Below are positions 50,178 through 59,451 of a DNA stretch of 64,000 bases, one piece after another. The position numbers were made by a program, and so were the translations under genes. The notes under the pieces are model-generated. The model was not told where the DNA came from, searched no databases, and saw nothing but the letters and a program-made list of their open reading frames with translations. Within the stretch, counting starts at the first letter, position 1, and each line of letters begins with the position of its first letter. The DNA comes from Pseudomonadota bacterium (GTDB taxonomy: Bacteria > Myxococcota > JACRCW01 > JAFGSX01), in NCBI GenBank assembly GCA_043821645.1, contig JBDRCO010000068.1:128001-192000 (forward strand). Direction: 5' to 3'.

Positions 50178-51368
50178 CTAGTCCTCGTCGCGACTGGTGC
50201 CGAGCTTCTCGAAGAAGATGTCCTCGATGGTGGTGTGTACGATCTTCCAGATCAGCTCACGATCCGAGCAGCGCACGAACACGCCCAGGGGGATCTGGAA
50301 GCCGCCCTTGTCGCGGCGCCCACCTCCGTAGTACTTGCCGCTCTGATCGTAGCCAAAAAGCTCCTTCATCCACTTGTCGGGATCCACGGTGTGGCTGGTC
50401 GTGCGCAGCGATCCGTCGATGGTCGTGCCTCCGACGATGCCGTAGACCAGCACCGTGTCCACACCCTCGCGCCGCAACAGGTAGTCTGCAGCCTCGCCGA
50501 CACCGTCGCGGTCCTCCTCGCGAACGAAGCGGACACCCGCGATGCAGTAGGTCCCCTTGATGGATTTGCTGTCCAGGGCCACCTGCAGGATATCCATGCT
50601 CTTGGACGAGATGGACTGCCTGGAAATGACGGCCAGCAGCTCGCGGTCGACGTAGGGCTCGAGGATGGCCGAGGCCTCGAAGTCCAGAGTGCGAGCGGTG
50701 ATGAAATCATCGGTGTCGGAACGGATGCCATACATCAGCGCCGTGGCCAGCACGATGCTCGGCTTGTCGCGAGGCCCCATGCCGACGCTGCCGTGGCGCA
50801 GGTACTCGCAGTAGATGGCCGAGGTCGAGCCCGAGGTCTCGCGCACGTCCACGAAGTCCGCGACGACGGAACTGGTGGATTTGTGGTGGTCGACCAGGCT
50901 CACCAGGTGGAGTTGCTGGGGCAGAGGGATGGGCAGGTCGCCATTGGGAGTGTCGACGCAGCAATAGCCGGCGTAGAGGCTCAGATCGAGACTGACCACC
51001 CACTTGGTGATCTCGATCTCGAGCGTCTTGACCATGGCTTTGTTCTCGTGGTGAGACAGATCCTCGAAGTGAATGATGTCGGTTTCGATGCCGAAGCCAC
51101 GGCAGATGTGCTGGTGCGCCATGGCGCTGGCGATGCTGTCCGGATCCGGGAAACCCTTGAGGAAGATGGCCAGGCGCTTGCCCCGGTAGCGCTGCAAGGC
51201 CGCTTCGAGCTCGTGAACCCGTGGCCGGGTAGAAGCATCCTCGGCCGGCTCCTGATCCTTGTCCGCAGCCGCGGTGGAGTGCTGGGCTGGGAGCTGCTGC
51301 CCGCCACCATCCCGCCGCGCCTCCTCGGCTCGCGAGGGTCTCGTCTCCACACTCTTGCCAGGTTCCAT
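50178..51368 (-). CDS. DHH/DHHA1 family phosphoesterase (NrnA-like)
   Basis: PDPDSIASA, VD, DHH, GIRSDT, SLRT, GGG. Confidence 0.9.
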   Translation of the reverse strand: MEPGKSVETRPSRAEEARRDGGGQQLPAQHSTAAADKDQEPAEDASTRPRVHELEAALQRYRGKRLAIFLKGFPDPDSIASAMAHQHICRGFGIETDIIHFEDLSHHENKAMVKTLEIEITKWVVSLDLSLYAGYCCVDTPNGDLPIPLPQQLHLVSLVDHHKSTSSVVADFVDVRETSGSTSAIYCEYLRHGSVGMGPRDKPSIVLATALMYGIRSDTDDFITARTLDFEASAILEPYVDRELLAVISRQSISSKSMDILQVALDSKSIKGTYCIAGVRFVREEDRDGVGEAADYLLRREGVDTVLVYGIVGGTTIDGSLRTTSHTVDPDKWMKELFGYDQSGKYYGGGRRDKGGFQIPLGVFVRCSDRELIWKIVHTTIEDIFFEKLGTSRDED

Positions 51369-51552
51369 CCTGTCCCCTCGTCACCACCCCTGAGGGTAGT
51401 TGAAAACATCGCCCGCCGTGGTGCAAGCCCTGCGCATGCTGCACTGCGTCACCTGGCCATCGCGAGCGCCGCGCCGGGCAACATGGGTGGTGCGCTTGAT
51501 GTCCGTGCTGCTCTCTGGCAGGGTCCTCGGTTGCTCTGGTGACGGAGGACGC

Positions 51553-53889
51553 GTGCCCCAGGACCTGGTCAGTACCGAGCACCATCCCGTGATCCTCGAG
51601 GAGGAGGCCCTGTACCAGCGCGTCCGGGAACACCTCTCCCAGGTCATCGTGCAACGCGCCGGTGCCATGAACCTCGATCGAGAGCTGGTGGCTCTGCGCG
51701 ACCAGATCGCCGAAGCCAGGCTCGAGGATGTGGCTCCCCTGGTCGAGCACATGTACCGCACCGCCGCCCTGGCCTCGCACCGCGGGATCGCGATCACTCC
51801 GCCGCCGGATCCGAGATCGCCCTACTTCGGCCACATGAGTCTGCGCGAAGGCGATCGCGATCGCGAGGTGCTCCTCGGCAAGCGTTCGCACATCGACCAG
51901 GACGCGGGGGTCATCATCGTGGACTGGCGCAACGCGCCGGTCAGCCGCATCTTCTATCGCTACGAGGAGGGGGATAGCTACGAGGAGCCGATGGCCGGGC
52001 GGGTCGCCGAGGGCGTGGTCACGGCCCGCCGGACCGTCTCGATCTACAACGGGGTGCTGCGGCGCATCACCTATCCGGATGGTAGCTACGTTCGCCGCAC
52101 CGACGGTCGCTGGAGGATGTTTGGCGGCGAGGAGGCCCAGCTCGCCGGTGGCCAGCGCACCGCCCTGCGGCCTTCCGCCGAGAGCCGCGGCGCACCGCGC
52201 GGTCAGGCACGGCAGCGCCTCGGTGTCACCGAGGACGGGATGCTGCGCCCGGACAAGCACCTGCCGGAGATCGCAGCCCTGCTCGACCCAGCCCAGTTCG
52301 GATTGATCACCGGTGCCAGCCGCGGTGTCATGGTCCTCGCGGGTGGCGCTGGCAGCGGCAAGACCACGGTCGCGCTGCACCGGATTGCCTATCTGCATTT
52401 CCAGGACCCGACACGCTTCAGGCCGCGCAACATGCTGGTGGTGGTGCCACAGCGAGGTCTGGTCGAGTACGTGTCCCGGGTGCTGCCCGGGCTGGAGGTC
52501 GAGCGCGTCGAGGTCACCACCTGGCTGAGCTGGGCCCGCCACACCCGGCACCGCATGCTGCCACAGCTCCGCTGGCGAACCGTCGACGAGGTGGACGAGC
52601 GCGTGGCCGCGGTCAAGAAGCACCCCGGCATGCTGGCCGTCATCGACCGCTACGTCACCGATCAGACAGCGCAGTTCCGGGCCGAGCTGCGCCAGGCCCT
52701 GAGTCACGACGGCGATGTTGCACTGGTGCTCGAGGCCTTCGAGCAGGGTGAGGCCACACCTCTCGCGTCGCGGCTGCAGGCCGCCCGGGCCCGCGCTGCC
52801 ACCGTCGGTGGCCGCGCCCGCGATGCCGTGATCAAGGTCCTGGCCCTGGCAATGCGTCGTGTCGACGACATCCTCGCGGACTGGGCCGACATCTGCTCGG
52901 ATCCGGTGCGCCTGCGCGAGGGCCTGGCCGCCACCGCCAGCCCTCCGGATCCGCGATCCATCGACGCCACCGTGCGCGCCACCCTGGCCCAGCTCGAGCG
53001 TCCCGAGGAGGTGCTGGACGCCGTCGACGAGGAGCGCCGCATCGGGGTTGACGGCCGCAGCGAGGATCCGGGTCTGGCCGGCCGACTGGACCCCTGCGAC
53101 GAGGCTCTGCTGTTGCGCTTGTGGCAGGTCAAGCACGGCGACCTGACCACCGACGCGGGCAAACCCATCCGCTACGACCACGTGACGGTCGACGAGGCAC
53201 AGGACTTTTCCCCTCTCGAGATCCAGGTCCTGCTGGCACAGAGCCGCGAGCAAACCATGACCCTCGCGGGCGACATGGCCCAGAAGATCGTCTTCGATAC
53301 CGGTGTCGACAGCTGGGAGGCCCTGCTGCAGGCCCTGGGCTGCATACGCGCCGAGGTGCAGACCCTCGAACTCGCCTACCGCTCCACGGTCGAGGTCATG
53401 ACCCTGGCCCACGACGTGCTCGGCCCCCTCGCCCCGGTGACGGCCCCGGCCTGCACCCGGCACGGGGCGGCGGTCGAGCTCTTCCGCTTCAGCGATCCTG
53501 GCGAGGTCGTGGCCTTCCTTGGCGAGGCGCTGCGCTCGCTCATGCTGCGTGAACGCGCCGCCAACGTCGCGGTGCTGGCGCGCTTCGCGGCCCAGGCAGA
53601 TCTCATTCACGAGGGCCTGGCACGCGCCGAGGTGCCTCGGCTGCGGCGGGTGCGCGCCGGGGACTTCAGCTTCAGCCCGGGGGTCGACGTCACCGACGTC
53701 ACCAGCGCCAAGGGCCTGGAGTACGACTACATCGTCCTCGTGGACGTGGATGGGGCCACCTACCCCGACACCCTCGAGTGCCGCCATCTGCTGCACGTGG
53801 CCGTCACCCGGGCTGTGCACCAGCTGTGGCTGACCTGCACCGGCGAGCCCTCGCCCCTCTTGCCAGGCTGGTTGGTCGAGGACAGTTGA
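51553..53889 (+). CDS. HelD-like/UvrD-family SF1 ATPase
   Basis: SPYFGH, IVDWRNAPVS, GGAGSGKTTVALHRIAYL, VDEAQD, AYRST, AKGLEYD, VAVTRA; GTG start after GGAGG. Confidence 0.88.
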   Translation: MPQDLVSTEHHPVILEEEALYQRVREHLSQVIVQRAGAMNLDRELVALRDQIAEARLEDVAPLVEHMYRTAALASHRGIAITPPPDPRSPYFGHMSLREGDRDREVLLGKRSHIDQDAGVIIVDWRNAPVSRIFYRYEEGDSYEEPMAGRVAEGVVTARRTVSIYNGVLRRITYPDGSYVRRTDGRWRMFGGEEAQLAGGQRTALRPSAESRGAPRGQARQRLGVTEDGMLRPDKHLPEIAALLDPAQFGLITGASRGVMVLAGGAGSGKTTVALHRIAYLHFQDPTRFRPRNMLVVVPQRGLVEYVSRVLPGLEVERVEVTTWLSWARHTRHRMLPQLRWRTVDEVDERVAAVKKHPGMLAVIDRYVTDQTAQFRAELRQALSHDGDVALVLEAFEQGEATPLASRLQAARARAATVGGRARDAVIKVLALAMRRVDDILADWADICSDPVRLREGLAATASPPDPRSIDATVRATLAQLERPEEVLDAVDEERRIGVDGRSEDPGLAGRLDPCDEALLLRLWQVKHGDLTTDAGKPIRYDHVTVDEAQDFSPLEIQVLLAQSREQTMTLAGDMAQKIVFDTGVDSWEALLQALGCIRAEVQTLELAYRSTVEVMTLAHDVLGPLAPVTAPACTRHGAAVELFRFSDPGEVVAFLGEALRSLMLRERAANVAVLARFAAQADLIHEGLARAEVPRLRRVRAGDFSFSPGVDVTDVTSAKGLEYDYIVLVDVDGATYPDTLECRHLLHVAVTRAVHQLWLTCTGEPSPLLPGWLVEDS

Positions 53890-54134
53890 GGCTCGACCTC
53901 GGCAGCAGCCCGCATGTCGAGTTCTCGTTCAGATTCGACACCACCTGGCTGCCCGGTGCGTAGCGCGCACAGACTTTGCCCCGAGATGACGCAGAGACCC
54001 CACGCGGGATGGTCGATAGCGTGTCCTTGTCACACCCTGGGCGCGGGTCCGCAGGAATCTGCGCCCAGGGCCTTGCTGCATCGATCGCTGACCCTACATG
54101 TCAGGCAACTGACGACACCCGGGTGGAGGGGACA

Positions 54135-54479
54135 ATGCAGTGTGTTGTGATGGGTGCGCTGGCTGGCGTGCTGGCTCTGGGACCCGCTTGCGGTGCTTCA
54201 GCCTCGGTGGCCGAGGACCCTGATCTGCCCTGTTACGTCGTCACCGCGCCGGTGGAGCAGACCGTGGTGTCCTGCCATCCTTCACCGGCCGCGCAGCAAT
54301 GCACGGTACAGCTACGGCAACATCCGCGAAGTGATCAAGCCTCGGCAGTGCAGCTGACCCGGGCGGTGGCAGCCTCCGTGGAAAAAAGAAACCTGGCCCT
54401 GAACCGGATCCTTCCCCGCGAACGGCCCACCTGCCCCTCGGGGCGTCGCGCTGCCAACGGCGACTGTCTCCCCGGATGA
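54135..54479 (+). CDS. Small hypothetical exported protein
   Basis: GGAGGG RBS, hydrophobic N-terminus with AC, several Cys. Confidence 0.45.
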   Translation: MQCVVMGALAGVLALGPACGASASVAEDPDLPCYVVTAPVEQTVVSCHPSPAAQQCTVQLRQHPRSDQASAVQLTRAVAASVEKRNLALNRILPRERPTCPSGRRAANGDCLPG

Positions 54480-54510
54480 GTGCCTGGCGCGTGCGGCCGC
54501 ATCGCTGGCC

Positions 54511-55548
54511 CTAGCCCCTGGGCGCGCCAGTGACCTCGTCGCTGTAGGCCTCGCGCAGGTCGGTCGCGGCCTGTTCGCCACCTTGACGCGGAACCCTGAT
54601 CGACAGGATGGCGATGAGGTTGCCTGCGCGCTTGCCAGTGCCCAGGCCCTGCCCCTTGAGCCGAAGCTGCTGTCCTGATTGAGAGCCTGGCTTGATGCTG
54701 AGAGCCAGGGTGCGCCCGTCCGGGGTGAGCATGCTCACCTTGCTGCCAAGCACCGCCTCGTCGACGGTGATGGGCAGATCCACCAGCAGATCCTTGCCCT
54801 CGCGACGGAACACGGGGTGCGCCGCAATCTTGATCTCGAGCACGAGGTCTCCCGCGGCACCGCGACCACCACTCTGGCCCTTGCCCTTGAGGGTGAGCTT
54901 GCTGCCGTCGGGGACCCGGGGCGGGATGTTGACGCTGACGCTCTGGCTCCGCGGGCTGCGACCTCGGCCATTGCAGGCCATGCACACGGACCGGTTGCTC
55001 AGGCCCACCTGGCCACGGCCGTCACACTGGGTGCACTCGACCTCGTCGTCGATGGCGAGCCGCATGGTACCGCCACGCATCGCGGTCTCGAGGTCGACTT
55101 CAAGCGTGCGCGCCAGGTTGCGACTCCGCTGCATGGGACCGCCCCGGCCCCGAAACAGATCGCCAAACAAGTCCTCGACGTTGAAACCACCCGTGCCGGG
55201 AGCACTCTGGAAGCCCCCGAAGCCGTCGCCACCCTCGCCACTCTGCCAGGCGCCAGCGCCCCGGCGCGAACCTGCAGAGCGAGCCCACTTCTGGTAGGCG
55301 CGGGCCTTCTCGGCGTCGAAATTGGGCCGCAGCGCGTCGTCACCGAACTCGTTGTACAGCGCGCGCCGGTCGGCATCTCCGAGCACCTCGAAGGCCGCGG
55401 ACACCTCCTTGAAGCGCTCGCTCGAGGCGGCCTCCCCGCCCGTGGCGTCGGGATGATACTTCTTGGCGAGCTTGCGATAGGCCCGCTTGATCTCCTCGGG
55501 GGACGCGCCGCGCGAGACTCCGAGTGTGACATAGAGGTCCTTGGCCAT
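54511..55548 (-). CDS. DnaJ/CbpA-like co-chaperone
   Basis: J-domain with HPD, G/F region, two CxxCxGxG motifs, C-terminal domain. Confidence 0.92.
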   Translation of the reverse strand: MAKDLYVTLGVSRGASPEEIKRAYRKLAKKYHPDATGGEAASSERFKEVSAAFEVLGDADRRALYNEFGDDALRPNFDAEKARAYQKWARSAGSRRGAGAWQSGEGGDGFGGFQSAPGTGGFNVEDLFGDLFRGRGGPMQRSRNLARTLEVDLETAMRGGTMRLAIDDEVECTQCDGRGQVGLSNRSVCMACNGRGRSPRSQSVSVNIPPRVPDGSKLTLKGKGQSGGRGAAGDLVLEIKIAAHPVFRREGKDLLVDLPITVDEAVLGSKVSMLTPDGRTLALSIKPGSQSGQQLRLKGQGLGTGKRAGNLIAILSIRVPRQGGEQAATDLREAYSDEVTGAPRG

Positions 55549-55698
55549 CGGTGAAGCTCCTTTGGTCGGCGCGTGACCCACCCGATGTCATGGGCGCCGG
55601 TGCGCGACTCCTATAAAATGCGCACCGTCCCATATCCAGGCAAGTCCTGCAGCCCTCCCCGGTTGGAAGCCCGGGACACATGGTCTAGGGTGTCCGGC

Positions 55699-58600
55699 AT
55701 GGCCCTGGACCCACCACCACCCGCTGCTGCAGCCATTGAACCCTTTGTCCGGCAGCTGCTGGAGTCCGCGCCCTTTGGCTTGCTGATGCTGGGCGCGAAT
55801 GGGATCCCCCTGCACGCCAACACGGCGGCTCGCACGCTGCTCCGGCTCGAGCGCAGCGCTACCGATGGCGGCACCTGGTGCCCGGTGCAGTGGCCCACCT
55901 TCGAACGAGAGGGTGAGCTGCTGCCCGCCGGGGAAGATCCCATCACCCAGCTGCTGGCCCACGGCCTGGCCACCAGCCAGAAAGAGTTTCTGGCGCGCTG
56001 GCCCGACGGCTCCAGCTGCTGGCTGCAGCTGTCGTGTTTTGCCCTGGATCAGCCAGGTCCTGCGCGGCAGGGATTCGTGGTGAGGCTCGAGGACATCACC
56101 GAACGCGTGCAGACCCGCGAGGACCTCCTGCGGAGCGAGGAGGCCTTTCGCCTGGCCTTCGAGGCCTCGGCAGACGCGATCTTGTGGGCTGACGCCGAGA
56201 CCGGTCTGCTCGTGCACTGCAATGGGGCGGCCGAACGCTTGCTCGAACGGTCGCGCGCCGACCTCGTGGGCAAACCCCAGTCGACCCTGCACCCGGCCGA
56301 GCTGGTCGAGCACTATCAGCAGGTCTTCGCTCGGCACGTGGAGAATCTCTCCGGTCTCGAGCTCGAGGCCGAGGTGATCACGCCCACGGGTGAACTCCGG
56401 CCAGTGTCCATCGTGGCCTCGGTGGCCGAGATCCGGGGTCGCCGGGTGGTGCAGGGCATCTTTCGCGACCTGCGAGAGCGCCGGAGGGTGGAGCTGGCCC
56501 TGCGCTCGAGCCAGAGCCGTCTGTCCTCGGTTCTCAACGCGATCGCCGATCCTGTCTTCGTCAAGGATCGCGAACACCGCTGGGTGCTGTTCAACGATGC
56601 GTTCGCCACTCTCATCGGGCAGCCGCGCGACGCCATGTTCAGTAAGAGTGACTACGACTTTTTACCGGCCGCCCAGGCCGATGTGTTCTGGGAAAAGGAC
56701 GAACAGGTCCTGGTCACCGGGGAGACCAACCTCAACCAGGAAACCCTGACCGACGCCACCGGTGTGACGCACCACATCGTCACCCGCAAGAGTCGCTACG
56801 TCGATGCCTCCGGCGAGGCCTTCATTGTCGGCGTGATCCGCGACGTCAGTGATCGACACCAGGCCGAGCTGGATCTGCGCCATGCCAAGGACGAGACCGA
56901 CCGGGCCAACCTGCAGCTGCAGGAGGCCGTCGACGAGATGCGCCGCCTGGCCACCCTGGCCCAGGCCGCGAGCCAGGCCAAGAGCGCCTTCCTGGCCAAC
57001 ATGAGTCACGAGATCCGGACCCCGATGAACGGCATCATCGGCATGGCGGGTCTGCTGCTCTCGACGGAGCTTTCGGCCGAGCAGCGCGCCTACGCCCAGA
57101 CCATCCTGCACAGCAGCGAGGCCCTGCTGGTCGTCACCAGCGACATCCTGGACTACTCGCGCATCGAGGCCGGCCGGCTATCCCTCGAGGACCTGCGCTA
57201 TGACCTGCGCGAGCTGGTCGAGGGCGTCAATGATCTGATGGCTTACCGAGCCCACGAACGGGGCCTCGAATACGTGTGCAGCCTGCCTCCGACGATCCCC
57301 GTGCGGGTGCGCGGCGACCCGGGGCGGGTACGCCAGATCCTGACCAACCTCATCGGCAACGCGATCAAGTTCACCGATGCCGGCGAGGTCGTGATCGAGG
57401 TTCGCGCCGTGCGCGATCCCGTGCAGCCGCGGCTTCGCTTCGAGGTCAACGACAGTGGCATTGGCATACCGAAGGCTCGCCAGGAACAACTGTTCGCGGC
57501 CTTCGAGCAGATGGACAGTTCGACCTCGCGACGCTTCGGCGGCAGCGGTCTTGGCCTGGCCATCTGCCAGCGTCTGGTCGAGCTCATGCACGGGCAGATC
57601 GGTGTCCACAGCAAGCCCGACCACGGGTCCACCTTCTGGTTCGAACTTCCGCTAGTCGAGGCGGAGCCGCCCGAGGCGAGCGCCGGGAGCTCTGTCCTGG
57701 ACGGGCACCGGGTCCTGGTGGTCGAGGCACACCCCGAATCGCGGCGCGTGCTCACCGAACAGCTCCAGGCACTGGGTGCCCAGGTGGTCGAAACCAAGGA
57801 CCTCGAGGAGGCCAGTGCGGCTCTCGACGAGGCCAGTCGAACGTCGAAAGTGTTGGACCTCCTATTTGCAGACTCGGACCTGCTGGGTGAGAGCGGGCGG
57901 GCCACGCTCACCGATTGGTTGTCGCGGGATCCGAATCAGATCCAGGCGCGCATCCTGCTCACGCGCTTCGGCCGGCGCCGGTTTCAACAGCAGCTTGGCG
58001 CACTGTTCCCGGTGGTGCTCAACCGCCCGATCAAGCAGGCCGCGCTGGTGCAGGGCGTGCGCCAGGCTCTGGCGACGGAGGCGAGGCCGGTGCCCGCGTC
58101 ACGGATGCCTGCGCGCGAAGCGTCGATGCCCTCGCTGGGCAACACGCCCCTGCTGCTGGTCGTCGACGACAACGAGATCAACCAGCAGATCCTGCTGGCC
58201 ATGCTGCACAAGGCAGGATTCCGGACCCTGGAGGCAAGCCACGGCCACGATGCCCTGAACGCGCTGGTCGAGCACGAGGTGGACCTGGTGCTCATGGATA
58301 TCCAGATGCCAACCCTCGATGGCGTCGAGACCACGCGGATCGTGCGCGACACCAGCGCACCGTGTCGCTGGCACGATGTGCCGGTGCTCGCGATCACTGC
58401 CTTCGCCGCAGAGGAGGACCGCCGGCGCTGCCTCGAGGCGGGCATGGACGACTACCTGGCCAAGCCTGTGCCCGCGGATCTGCTCATGCAGCGGGTTCGT
58501 TTCTGGCTCAGCCGACGACCCGCGCCCTGGCGGCACGAGATCTCTGTCGCCAGGACCACCGTCCTCGACACCCAGGCCCTGGTGCTCCGGGTGGACGGCG

Positions 58601-58938
58601 ACACTCCGTCTGCCCAGCGGGTGGCGCGGAGCTTCCACCAGTATGCCCGGCGCTTGCACCGCGCCCTTCAGGACGCCCTGGTGGCCGGTGACACCGAGAC
58701 CATGGTCCAGCTCGCGCATTCGGTGTTCAGTGCCGCGGTCAACCTGACCGCCGCGACCGTGCAGGTCTGCGCCCACGCGCTGGAGAAGGCCGCCGCGCGC
58801 GGGGACCTGGCGGCAGCCCAGGATCACCTGGGGCAGCTCGGCGTGGCGCTGCAGCAGGTCGATGAGGCGCTGCTCGACGCCCGTCTTCTCGACCGCGCCC
58901 AGATCGATGAGGAGTCCGAGGAGATGCCGCCGAGCTGA
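55699..58938 (+). CDS. Cytoplasmic hybrid histidine kinase (3 PAS, HisKA, HATPase, 2 REC, HPt)
   Basis: [40 protein letters not shown]-terminal LAHS helix bundle; the first REC is degenerate. Confidence 0.93.
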   Translation: MALDPPPPAAAAIEPFVRQLLESAPFGLLMLGANGIPLHANTAARTLLRLERSATDGGTWCPVQWPTFEREGELLPAGEDPITQLLAHGLATSQKEFLARWPDGSSCWLQLSCFALDQPGPARQGFVVRLEDITERVQTREDLLRSEEAFRLAFEASADAILWADAETGLLVHCNGAAERLLERSRADLVGKPQSTLHPAELVEHYQQVFARHVENLSGLELEAEVITPTGELRPVSIVASVAEIRGRRVVQGIFRDLRERRRVELALRSSQSRLSSVLNAIADPVFVKDREHRWVLFNDAFATLIGQPRDAMFSKSDYDFLPAAQADVFWEKDEQVLVTGETNLNQETLTDATGVTHHIVTRKSRYVDASGEAFIVGVIRDVSDRHQAELDLRHAKDETDRANLQLQEAVDEMRRLATLAQAASQAKSAFLANMSHEIRTPMNGIIGMAGLLLSTELSAEQRAYAQTILHSSEALLVVTSDILDYSRIEAGRLSLEDLRYDLRELVEGVNDLMAYRAHERGLEYVCSLPPTIPVRVRGDPGRVRQILTNLIGNAIKFTDAGEVVIEVRAVRDPVQPRLRFEVNDSGIGIPKARQEQLFAAFEQMDSSTSRRFGGSGLGLAICQRLVELMHGQIGVHSKPDHGSTFWFELPLVEAEPPEASAGSSVLDGHRVLVVEAHPESRRVLTEQLQALGAQVVETKDLEEASAALDEASRTSKVLDLLFADSDLLGESGRATLTDWLSRDPNQIQARILLTRFGRRRFQQQLGALFPVVLNRPIKQAALVQGVRQALATEARPVPASRMPAREASMPSLGNTPLLLVVDDNEINQQILLAMLHKAGFRTLEASHGHDALNALVEHEVDLVLMDIQMPTLDGVETTRIVRDTSAPCRWHDVPVLAITAFAAEEDRRRCLEAGMDDYLAKPVPADLLMQRVRFWLSRRPAPWRHEISVARTTVLDTQALVLRVDGDTPSAQRVARSFHQYARRLHRALQDALVAGDTETMVQLAHSVFSAAVNLTAATVQVCAHALEKAAARGDLAAAQDHLGQLGVALQQVDEALLDARLLDRAQIDEESEEMPPS

Positions 58939-58939
58939 C

Positions 58940-59437
58940 TCAGCCGGCACCGAGAAAGAGACCGCACTCGGGACATTCGTCCCCGCTGAGCGTGACCACG
59001 TTGCCACAGGCCGGGCAGGTCAGCTCTGCCCCCTGCTCCACCGTCACGGCGGCGTCGTCCACCTGCACCCCCTCGTTGTCGAGGAGCTCCCGGAAGCGGC
59101 CGACCAGCGCCTCGCGCACACGTTCCACATCTTCCTCGGCGATGAGCACCTGGTAGCGCTGGAACATGGCCGGCACATCGGTGGCGGCCTCCTCGGCATA
59201 TTCCTGGATGAGGCAGGGAATGCCGCTACCCAGGAGGTGATCGCGGATCTCGCGGCAGGGTTCGAGGGCGCCCAGGGTGACCACCGCGGGGCTGCGCGCC
59301 TCGATGTACAGGCGCGCGCCCTCGAGGGTGGTATCGGGCGGCGCGGTGGGCAGCTCCTCGACCAGGGCGACGTCGCAGGCGGCGCAGCGATCCACGCTCC
59401 GCACGTACTCGGACCGGCACTCGGGGCAGTAGGGCAT
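58940..59437 (-). CDS. Zinc-ribbon/DUF2007-like protein
   Basis: CPEC...CAAC at the N-terminus, CPAC...CPEC at the C-terminus. Confidence 0.75.
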   Translation of the reverse strand: MPYCPECRSEYVRSVDRCAACDVALVEELPTAPPDTTLEGARLYIEARSPAVVTLGALEPCREIRDHLLGSGIPCLIQEYAEEAATDVPAMFQRYQVLIAEEDVERVREALVGRFRELLDNEGVQVDDAAVTVEQGAELTCPACGNVVTLSGDECPECGLFLGAG

Positions 59438-59451
59438 GGGCGCGGTGTCCT

